The notes under the pieces: generated by a model
The model's input: the letters and a program-made list of their open reading frames with translations, nothing else
Databases searched by the model: none
Told to the model about the DNA's origin: nothing
Made by a program: the position numbers and the translations under genes
Shown: piece by piece, positions 48,906 through 55,709 of the stretch
How positions within the stretch are numbered: the stretch's first letter is position 1
Layout of the letters: each line of letters opens with the position of its first letter
Virus record (IMG/VR): IMGVR_UViG_3300027970_000018
DNA from: an uncultured virus (IMG/VR IMGVR_UViG_3300027970_000018)
Taxonomy: Duplodnaviria; Heunggongvirae; Uroviricota; Caudoviricetes
Strand: one strand, 5' to 3'
DNA: 64,000 bases

Positions 48906-49568
48906 CTACTGCGTTTTTTGAACTTTAAATCTAACAGTAATCTCCTTGTTACCATATTGTACAAAAAGCTCTCTTGAAGTAGGTCTCTCAAGACTAAATC
49001 CTGCAGTGTTCAACCTTATCGAAAACTCTTTTCTTGCTTCGTCAATATCAATGTGAGTTGCAAAGGTACATCCACATGATACCCTTGCTCCAGTGAATGT
49101 GTATTTGGTTGGTACAAACAAACCAAATTTGAAGTTGATTATCTCCTGGTTTGTTGTTCCGAGATCTACGACAAATTTTGCTTCCTCGTAAGAAATTGGA
49201 TAATCGTGTCCGTCAACTGAAAATACGGATGCTCCGCTTGGTGCTTCTGCTTCTAGTGCCAACCACTTGGGTTCACGACCTAAATCTGTCAACCCACAAG
49301 CTGTTCTTTTTATAGAAGCTTTTAATTCAATACAACAATTACAAGCTGTACAGAAATTTCCACTTTTTCCAAATGTTGCTGTGTAACATTTTCCTTCGTG
49401 GATTGAGTGTCCCATCTTTCTTTTATGCTTGAGTACGTTTGCGGAGTTGTATTCACAAGCATTACATATTTCCACTCTTTCCTCGAACCATTTTTTACCT
49501 GTTGGGGTGTCGGTTGTTATCGCCTCGGCAATCATTTTTGCCTTATCTAATCCTTCCTTTAGTGACAT
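48906..49568 (-). CDS. Zn-binding Cys-rich protein with DUF1573-like C-terminal domain
   Basis: RVEICNACE..CTACNCCI..K..C N-terminus; SCGCT motif. Confidence 0.6.
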   Translation of the reverse strand: MSLKEGLDKAKMIAEAITTDTPTGKKWFEERVEICNACEYNSANVLKHKRKMGHSIHEGKCYTATFGKSGNFCTACNCCIELKASIKRTACGLTDLGREPKWLALEAEAPSGASVFSVDGHDYPISYEEAKFVVDLGTTNQEIINFKFGLFVPTKYTFTGARVSCGCTFATHIDIDEARKEFSIRLNTAGFSLERPTSRELFVQYGNKEITVRFKVQKTQ

Positions 49569-49873
49569 AGTTGTAAATTTTCGGGATTAACACTTTCTGT
49601 AAAAAACTCCTCATACAGTGTTTCAAAAGTATTAGGTGTAGATGGATAAACAACTCCGACCTCATTCTTAACTATGTAGTCACCTACATTTCCACGCATT
49701 ATACCTAGTGGTGTTTTAATCTCACAGTAGTAGTCCTCTGGCGATCTAAGGTCTGTACCAACGTGTGTGATAATATCATTTGTTGTTACTTTGTCGCTAA
49801 ACCAGTCTGGTCTGTCATCTATGTCGTACTTAAATGCATCAACAACTATTGGTTTGTTCCTAAACTTTCTCAT
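49559..49873 (-). CDS. Conserved phage protein (PGDYG-like)
   Basis: KFRNKPIVVDA..IKTPLG.M..GDYIVK..G..YP..P..FE..YE. Confidence 0.7.
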   Translation of the reverse strand: MRKFRNKPIVVDAFKYDIDDRPDWFSDKVTTNDIITHVGTDLRSPEDYYCEIKTPLGIMRGNVGDYIVKNEVGVVYPSTPNTFETLYEEFFTESVNPENLQLCH

Positions 49874-49875
49874 AA

Positions 49876-50337
49876 TTATAATTTATTAATGTATCCTTCG
49901 TATTCTTCTAAAGTCATCCCTCTTCTGTAAGATGGGAGTGTTAAAATATTGTTGAATCTTGTTCTGCACAAAATATATTTGTCGGGGTTTTCATCTCGAA
50001 TTTTTCTAAACCTTGAGTAAAAATTCTCAATCTGCTCACCAAGATTTAGTACCTTCGTTTTATACGCTTTTGTAACAGGGTTTTCTTCTGAGTATTTTTT
50101 CATGGCAGCATAGATGTGCCTTGCTCTTTCAATTTTGAAAGTCATATATCCCATTGTTGGAACTCGAAAAGACAGTACGCTCGGTTTTCTAGTCTCACGT
50201 TTGATATAAGGAAACAAGAATCCAAATACTAAAGCTACGTGCTTTACATCAAATCCATGTTTCTCGGACACATTTAAAATGATATCATCATCAAATGCTA
50301 TATCTCCTTCTGACTTTCTGAAAACTCTTTGTGCCAT
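49876..50337 (-). CDS. Putative HU/IHF-like DNA-binding protein
   Basis: DDIILNVSEKHG..V..SFRVPTMGYM pattern; start trimmed to MAQRV. Confidence 0.45.
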   Translation of the reverse strand: MAQRVFRKSEGDIAFDDDIILNVSEKHGFDVKHVALVFGFLFPYIKRETRKPSVLSFRVPTMGYMTFKIERARHIYAAMKKYSEENPVTKAYKTKVLNLGEQIENFYSRFRKIRDENPDKYILCRTRFNNILTLPSYRRGMTLEEYEGYINKL

Positions 50338-50338
50338 A

Positions 50339-50740
50339 TTACTTCGTATTAACACCTAAAATAAAACAGAACAAATATTTATTGTCGTCCACTGAGTCTG
50401 TGTACTCTTTTAATTTTACAAGATCGGGGTGTAGGTACTTATTCTTCTTAGACATTGGGTCTTCAATTAAAAAGCCATATTCTTTCAAATCGTGATTAAT
50501 GTTATTCAAATTAGCTTCTGATAAACCTGTAAGAAATTCTTGAATGTCTTTCTTAGTTTTCCTGCTGTATCCAAATTTAAGATACATAGCCATAATAGTA
50601 ACAAGCTGTTTCCTTAAGATTGTTTGAGATTTTCCTTCAAGAAAAAGTTTGACAGAATATAAGTAGACAACTCTTTCATACAATTCTATATCATCTTCAA
50701 CAGCAATTTTTGTTCCGTACAGCTTAATGTCTTTGCTCAC
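50339..50740 (-). CDS. Winged-helix DNA-binding protein (RepL-like)
   Basis: IQEFLTGLSEANLNNINHDLKEYGFLI pattern; start moved to GTG 50740 because a TAAATTTG promoter lies at 50758-50765. Confidence 0.5.
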   Translation of the reverse strand: MSKDIKLYGTKIAVEDDIELYERVVYLYSVKLFLEGKSQTILRKQLVTIMAMYLKFGYSRKTKKDIQEFLTGLSEANLNNINHDLKEYGFLIEDPMSKKNKYLHPDLVKLKEYTDSVDDNKYLFCFILGVNTK

Positions 50741-50807
50741 GTTGTTTGTTTTGACGACAAATTTATAATTTAATATGATATAATGCAATAATAAGACAAA
50801 AAATTTT

Positions 50808-50835
50808 AAAAAAGGGTACTATTTCTAGTACCCTT
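50808..50835 (-). terminator. Intrinsic terminator
   Basis: AAGGGTACTA GAAA TAGTACCCTT followed by a T run. Confidence 0.75.
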
Positions 50836-50918
50836 CTTATGCCTCAAACTGTTACGTGTTTAATCCCTCCCTCGTTTGGAAGACGGTGTAAAAGTAATAA
50901 TTATTTTTTATATAAAAT

Positions 50919-50947
50919 AAAAAACCCTAATAAATTAATATTAGGGT
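50919..50947 (-). terminator. Intrinsic terminator
   Basis: ACCCTAATA-loop-TATTAGGGT followed by a T run. Confidence 0.65.
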
Positions 50948-51025
50948 CTAGTGTTGATAAAAATATTTGTTTAATGTTGTTTATCTTTCGATAAGAGAAT
51001 AAGAATTGGTGCTCGTATTCTCTTA

Positions 51026-51033
51026 CAAAAGTA
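51026..51033 (-). promoter_or_regulatory. Bacteroidota-type promoter (TACTTTTG, TTTG at 51052-51055) with no ORF before the next terminator
   Basis: Consensus -7/-33; lies in a 19-nt direct repeat also present at 50890-50908. Confidence 0.6.
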
Positions 51034-51050
51034 ATAATTATTTTTAATAC

Positions 51051-51389
51051 TCAAACTTTTTTAACCCTTTTCCCCATACCAACTTTTGTTTTTTCTATTT
51101 TTTTGGCTTTTAGTTTAGTTGGGGATATTTCTTGTTTGGTTTTTGGAGTATCTTTTGATACTCTTTTTGTTGGTCGACAATACTCATTTTTACCTCCAGC
51201 ACCGCACGGTTTTCCAGATTTAGTATCTTGCCACTTTTCAGCTTGCCATCTCTTTAGGTTAGTTCCTTCCTTGGTCTTTCTTACTTTACCTGATTCTTTT
51301 CTGCATTTAGCAATCGCTTGTGAAGCTCTAGCTGATGGAAATACATTGTACTGATTTTTTACTTTAGTGTAGCATGTGTCCTTTTGCAT
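51051..51389 (-). CDS. Small basic protein (DUF5872-like)
   Basis: PSARAS..LKRWQAEKW..CRPTKRVSKDTPKT motif common in environmental phages. Confidence 0.65.
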   Translation of the reverse strand: MQKDTCYTKVKNQYNVFPSARASQAIAKCRKESGKVRKTKEGTNLKRWQAEKWQDTKSGKPCGAGGKNEYCRPTKRVSKDTPKTKQEISPTKLKAKKIEKTKVGMGKRVKKV

Positions 51390-51513
51390 AGTTCTTAATT
51401 GAAACACAAAGAACGGTACAAAAATTTTAATGAAGAAAAATGTAGTCTTAAAAATATTTTTAATTTTTTTTAAAAAAGATTCGATATATCAAAAATTATA
51501 GTATTATGTTTCA

Positions 51514-51521
51514 TACATTTG
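51514..51521 (+). promoter_or_regulatory. Bacteroidota-type -7 promoter (TACATTTG)
   Basis: Consensus match 25 nt upstream of ATG 51547, at the strand switch. Confidence 0.55.
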
Positions 51522-51546
51522 CTGTGAACTTTAAAACAAGTTAGAT

Positions 51547-52386
51547 ATGGAGTATAAAATATTAAATGTCAGTTTTTTACAAGAAAAGATAGAAGGTATT
51601 AACGAAGGTGATAACGTATCAGAGGATATATTAAAAACTAATATTGATGAAAGTGTTATAAAATTCCTTCTAGAAACGAAAGTTATTGAAGAGGTGCTTC
51701 CTGTGTATGTAGAGGGAGAGAATTTCTTTGCTGTCGAACAATCTGACGTGGGTGGTGGTTTTGAGGCGGAGGAGCCTTTCGATGCGGTTTCGGAGTTAGA
51801 GTTGCAGGATTACAGGGTTAATTTGGATGAACTTGTTAGGTGGTTTATTTTTGATTTTAAAGAATATCTCTTAGAGAACAAAATTACTGTGCCTAATAAT
51901 GAGTACTTTAAAGGTATAAAAGGTTATAGCATATTAGGTTCAGATAACAACCATTTTACAAAATTTAGTATAAGAAAATTAGCATTTGATTACGACAATA
52001 TTATAAGAAGTCTTGGGTATTTTAACTCATTATCTAATTTTAAAAGGGATGAAGAAATAGAAACTGGGAAAGAGGTTGTAATCCACTTCCTAGAAAAAGG
52101 TGTAGGTAAGAGAGTTGGTGAAAATGGCGAAGAATTGCTAGACCACGAGAATTTAGATGGAGATTTTAAAGAAAAAGAATACCTTGATAATATAAACCAG
52201 TTTGATCTTAAATTAGAATATTTAAGTTTCTTAGAAGTATTGAAATGTTTTGCACCTAAGTTTATATACGGAAATCCAATTGATTTTATTGCTAGAATTG
52301 ATATACTAAAAAACAACGTAAAAGCTAGAAAAACCTTAATATCTAAATACTCAGATTGCGATTGGGAAATAAAAATTTTAGATTAA
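51547..52386 (+). CDS. Hypothetical acidic protein
   Basis: 279-aa ORF with upstream promoter. Confidence 0.7.
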   Translation: MEYKILNVSFLQEKIEGINEGDNVSEDILKTNIDESVIKFLLETKVIEEVLPVYVEGENFFAVEQSDVGGGFEAEEPFDAVSELELQDYRVNLDELVRWFIFDFKEYLLENKITVPNNEYFKGIKGYSILGSDNNHFTKFSIRKLAFDYDNIIRSLGYFNSLSNFKRDEEIETGKEVVIHFLEKGVGKRVGENGEELLDHENLDGDFKEKEYLDNINQFDLKLEYLSFLEVLKCFAPKFIYGNPIDFIARIDILKNNVKARKTLISKYSDCDWEIKILD

Positions 52387-52430
52387 GTGCTTGTTATTTA
52401 TAAAAATACATTACATTTTTGGACAGTTAT

Positions 52431-52455
52431 AAAGAGGGCTTCGGTCCTCTTTTTT
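52431..52455 (+). terminator. Intrinsic terminator (copy 1)
   Basis: AAAGAGGGC TTCG GTCCTCTTTTTT. Confidence 0.85.
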
Positions 52456-52571
52456 ATTTTATATAAAATTTCTAATAAAAAGTTTGTAGTATCAAAAAAT
52501 ATGTTACATTTGTACTGTTTATTTTCATAAATGTTATGGTTTACTTACTTGTGACTAATTAAGTAGAAAGG

Positions 52572-52598
52572 AAAGAGGGCTTCGGCCCTCTTTTTTTT
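52572..52598 (+). terminator. Intrinsic terminator (copy 2)
   Basis: AAAGAGGGC TTCG GCCCTCTTTTTTTT; near-identical to copy 1. Confidence 0.85.
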
Positions 52599-52631
52599 GT
52601 GGTCAAAATTTTGTAGTTAAAAATTAATTAT

Positions 52632-52639
52632 TAAATTTG
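52632..52639 (+). promoter_or_regulatory. Bacteroidota-type promoter (TAAATTTG, TTTG at 52610-52613)
   Basis: Consensus match, 4 nt before ATG 52644. Confidence 0.65.
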
Positions 52640-52643
52640 CCAG

Positions 52644-53450
52644 ATGTCACAAAGTACTTACACCATACTTGCTATCCTAATAGCTTTAAAAAGAAGCAGA
52701 AGAAACTCTGTTATCTTCAAGCGTTGTAGTACAAAATTGGCTAATAAGCTGTGCATATCTCCAAACACTTTAAAGAAATATATTGCTATCGCTGTTGAAT
52801 CAGGATATATTATTGAATTGGAGGGTCGGTATAAAATAATACCTTTTAGAGATATTCTAAAATCTATATCAAAAGATAATAAAACATTTTACTTTGGTTC
52901 CCATGCGATTCTTCGTGATGGGCGAACCAATGTGAAACACATAAAGCGAGTACTTTTACGATTTGCTGTAAATGATATGATCATTCGACCACAATCATTT
53001 AAGATTGAAATGAAAGTACAAGAGCTGGATTTAATTAATAAACTGACGAGCACTGGGAAAAAGCAACCCTCTCTTAGTAAATACGAATACCAACAGGCTA
53101 AACGTATTATTAAGAAAGGAAGAAACAATGTGGCTACGGCAGTTAAATTAAGTAAATCGATTAACAGAAATATAATAACCTCAGCAAGACACGCTGCAAA
53201 GAAACTTGGAGTAGGTATTACCTTAGCGAACAAAACATTGAATGATGGTGCTAAAGTATACACTCGAAAGGAAGAGTGTTTTTTCTTGAAAGGAGCAAAT
53301 CTGTTCACCGTTGATAAAGCGAGAGCAGATTACCCAGGAGCGAAAGTAATACCCCTTCCTTACACAGATTCTGTCAAAGTGTGTTTCGGTTCCACTCTCT
53401 TCCCTTGGAGTTTAGAAAATGACCCCATAATCTCCCGCTATCAGCGGTAA
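52644..53450 (+). CDS. Basic double-HTH protein, putative replication initiator
   Basis: STKLANKLCISPNTLKKYI..ESGYI and SARHAAKKLGVGITLANKTL HTH-like motifs; followed by AT-rich intergenic DNA. Confidence 0.5.
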   Translation: MSQSTYTILAILIALKRSRRNSVIFKRCSTKLANKLCISPNTLKKYIAIAVESGYIIELEGRYKIIPFRDILKSISKDNKTFYFGSHAILRDGRTNVKHIKRVLLRFAVNDMIIRPQSFKIEMKVQELDLINKLTSTGKKQPSLSKYEYQQAKRIIKKGRNNVATAVKLSKSINRNIITSARHAAKKLGVGITLANKTLNDGAKVYTRKEECFFLKGANLFTVDKARADYPGAKVIPLPYTDSVKVCFGSTLFPWSLENDPIISRYQR

Positions 53451-53696
53451 AGATTTTATCCCCTTATAATTTATAAATTTTTCTATTAAAGTTTAATTAA
53501 AAAAGAAAAATAAAAAATAAATTAAAAAAGAAAGATAAAAAAGGAAGTTGCTTTTAGGATGTTCTTTTTCTGATTCCAATTAAATTTGGTAAGTGGCAAT
53601 CTATGTCAAAATCTTTATTTTACTACGTTTTTACAAAAACTTATAATATTTTTACAATTTTTCATACATTTTTTGCAATTATATCAAATTATGTAT

Positions 53697-53704
53697 TACT
53701 TTTG
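53697..53704 (+). promoter_or_regulatory. Bacteroidota-type promoter (TACTTTTG, TTTG at 53672-53675) driving the RNA cluster
   Basis: Consensus match 4 nt before tRNA-like element 1. Confidence 0.65.
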
Positions 53705-53708
53705 TCTT

Positions 53709-53825
53709 GAAGTTGTGGTGAAACGGTAGACACACACCTTTTAGGAGGTAAAAGCGGAGTATGAAGTATAAACATACCGTACAGTTAACAAGTACGACAT
53801 GGAGGTTCAAGTCCTCCCAGCTTCA
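53709..53825 (+). tRNA. Non-canonical tRNA-Leu(TAG)-like RNA with two-hairpin variable region
   Basis: Acceptor GAAGTTG/CAGCTTC, D-arm GTG-AAACGGTAGA-CAC, ACCT-TTTAGG-AGGT, T-arm GGAGG-TTCAAGT-CCTCC, discriminator A. Confidence 0.7.
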
Positions 53826-53829
53826 CAAA

Positions 53830-53913
53830 AAAAACAGGGAGCTATGAAGAGCGGGTATAGCTTTAAATCAATATCGGCATTTAATAGTGATAAGGAAACT
53901 TGACCCTGTTTTT
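53830..53913 (+). ncRNA. Structured RNA element (multi-branch) between tRNA-like genes
   Basis: AAAAACAGGG/CCCTGTTTTT closing stem enclosing AGCTAT/ATAGCT and TCAA-TATC/GATA-TTGA helices. Confidence 0.4.
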
Positions 53914-53965
53914 ATGAAACTTACGGTGATGTTAAAATCAATAGTATTGGTTTACAACCGTTGGA

Positions 53966-54071
53966 GAAGTGATAGTTTATCTCGGTTAAAACATTGAAGA
54001 TTATAGCGTGTGTACAACGTGGCCGAAAGAGACTAATCTTCAAAAACCCTGTTCGAGTCGGGGTCACTTTG
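53966..54071 (+). tRNA. tRNA-like RNA with extended anticodon arm and 30-nt insert (no assignable anticodon)
   Basis: Acceptor GAAGTGA/TCACTTT, D-arm GTTT..AAAC, 10-bp TTGAAGATTA/TAATCTTCAA, T-arm CCCTG-TTCGAGT-CGGGG. Confidence 0.7.
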
Positions 54072-54092
54072 CAAAGAGATTAAAAATATACT

Positions 54093-54365
54093 ATGGAAAC
54101 ACTTTCAGACCTTATAGAAGTTGTAAAAGGAAATATAGAAGATACTAAGGAAAAGATTAAAGAATTAGAAGATGCCTTGGAAGAAGAGTTGTTTGAAGGT
54201 GCTTTTTATAAATCTAGTAATCAGTCTAAAGATAAAAATGATTTTTACATAAGATATCTGCGAACTGGGATTTTGATACAAAATAATATAAAAGAAATGC
54301 TTATAAACTTTTTAGGTGAAATTTCCTCAGAATATGTAGTAGATGATATTAATACAAAACAATGA
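54093..54365 (+). CDS. Hypothetical protein
   Basis: 90-aa ORF with A-rich initiation region. Confidence 0.6.
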   Translation: METLSDLIEVVKGNIEDTKEKIKELEDALEEELFEGAFYKSSNQSKDKNDFYIRYLRTGILIQNNIKEMLINFLGEISSEYVVDDINTKQ

Positions 54366-54520
54366 AAACCAAAGATTATGAAGTACTAAAGAAGTTAATA
54401 ACTTCCCAAGAGTTACCTAATGACGTAATATCAATTGCAAAGATAATCAAAGCAAAGAGTGTTAAGAAAGTCATTAAAATAGCAAACAAAGAATTAAAAA
54501 GTAAAAATAAAAACCAGTGA
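54362..54520 (+). CDS. Small basic hypothetical protein (52 aa)
   Basis: Manual translation MKTKDYEVLKKL...; ATGA-coupled, fills the gap. Confidence 0.5.
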   Translation: MKTKDYEVLKKLITSQELPNDVISIAKIIKAKSVKKVIKIANKELKSKNKNQ

Positions 54521-54522
54521 AA

Positions 54523-55443
54523 ATGAATACAGAAAGAGTAAACGAGCTTATAGAAAATTTCAGAGAGATTCGAGAAAATATAAAAAATAATCTTGAGGGT
54601 ATTAAAAAAGAACTTGAGTTAGAAGTTAATGAGTTTTTTAGCTTAGATATTACAAAAGAAATTATCGATAAGGCTAAAAACAGAAAAGATATATCACCAC
54701 TTGTTAATTCATTGGCTGGTTGGGTGAGGAGAGGAAAAAGAAATAAAAATGCCTTAGCAGATGAGTTTGTGTCCTCTTTGTTTGGAGACAAAGATATTCC
54801 GAAAGACCTACTAGATGACCTCAAAGATTCTTATTTTAAGTATTTATCTAAAGTGGAAGATGACATATTTTTTCCGGATAAAAAAGAAGTTGAAATCCCA
54901 TCTAAGACACAAACACTAAAACCCATTTCAAAAGGGGTGTGTTTTGATATGCACAGTTTTTGTAAGGAATACGAGACTCGGCAAAACAAAGAGGGAGATA
55001 AAAAAGAGTTTGAGTTCTATACAACCACAGGTACGGTAAAGACATTTATGGATGAATTAGGTCTACTTCCAATAGAAGGAAGTAAGTATAAAACAGCTTG
55101 TGAAAGCAAAAAAAGCCTTTTAGAATCTTTATTTGAAGAAAATATAATAAGATCACGTAGTTTTAGAAAAGAAAAGGTAGCTCTTATATCTGCAGTATTG
55201 GATACATGGAGAAATTATCATAAAATGTATGTTGAGAATGTGGCCGAACCCTTTGAAGAAGCCTATGGTTTGTTACTAAACAAACACGGAAATCTGGAGG
55301 TTTTTAAACAAGAGGATATAGAAGTAGGCTATCCTTTTCCAACAAGGAGATTAGCAGAGATATTTTTAAGAAATAATAAAACCAACATACTATTATACAC
55401 TAGAGAATTAACAGAATGGAAGAAGGAAAACAATTTGTCTTAA
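54523..55443 (+). CDS. Hypothetical protein
   Basis: ~306-aa ORF; start trimmed to ATG 54523. Confidence 0.65.
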   Translation: MNTERVNELIENFREIRENIKNNLEGIKKELELEVNEFFSLDITKEIIDKAKNRKDISPLVNSLAGWVRRGKRNKNALADEFVSSLFGDKDIPKDLLDDLKDSYFKYLSKVEDDIFFPDKKEVEIPSKTQTLKPISKGVCFDMHSFCKEYETRQNKEGDKKEFEFYTTTGTVKTFMDELGLLPIEGSKYKTACESKKSLLESLFEENIIRSRSFRKEKVALISAVLDTWRNYHKMYVENVAEPFEEAYGLLLNKHGNLEVFKQEDIEVGYPFPTRRLAEIFLRNNKTNILLYTRELTEWKKENNLS

Positions 55444-55709
55444 AATACAAGTCAGCAGTAGATACTGGTAGATTTGGTAAGGAGTTAAAACTTTCCCCTA
55501 AATTGAAAGTAGAAATATCAGAAGGTGGTATTAGTATAGAGACTATTGGTAAGACAGTGTCTATTACGTTGGATATTGATAACGAACCAATTTTTATCTG
55601 TATGTCCGAATCGGCATGGGAGAAACACAATAACGGCTTCGATGTAAATTACCAAACAATTCAAAATCACATAAAAGAAATAAAAAATGGCAAAAGAAAC
55701 AGAGGTTAA
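55416..55709 (+). CDS. Hypothetical protein
   Basis: 97-aa ORF overlapping both neighbours. Confidence 0.55.
   Translation: MEEGKQFVLKYKSAVDTGRFGKELKLSPKLKVEISEGGISIETIGKTVSITLDIDNEPIFICMSESAWEKHNNGFDVNYQTIQNHIKEIKNGKRNRG

Noticed and set aside
53826..53965. Theta/HDV-like or hammerhead ribozyme after the tRNA-like RNA
   Set aside because: No nested double pseudoknot starting at the tRNA 3' end and no CUGANGA/GAAA core recognisable by eye.
50800..54090. CRISPR mini-array in the intergenic repeats
   Set aside because: Repeats occur only in pairs and correspond to promoter or terminator sequences; there is no repeat-spacer periodicity.
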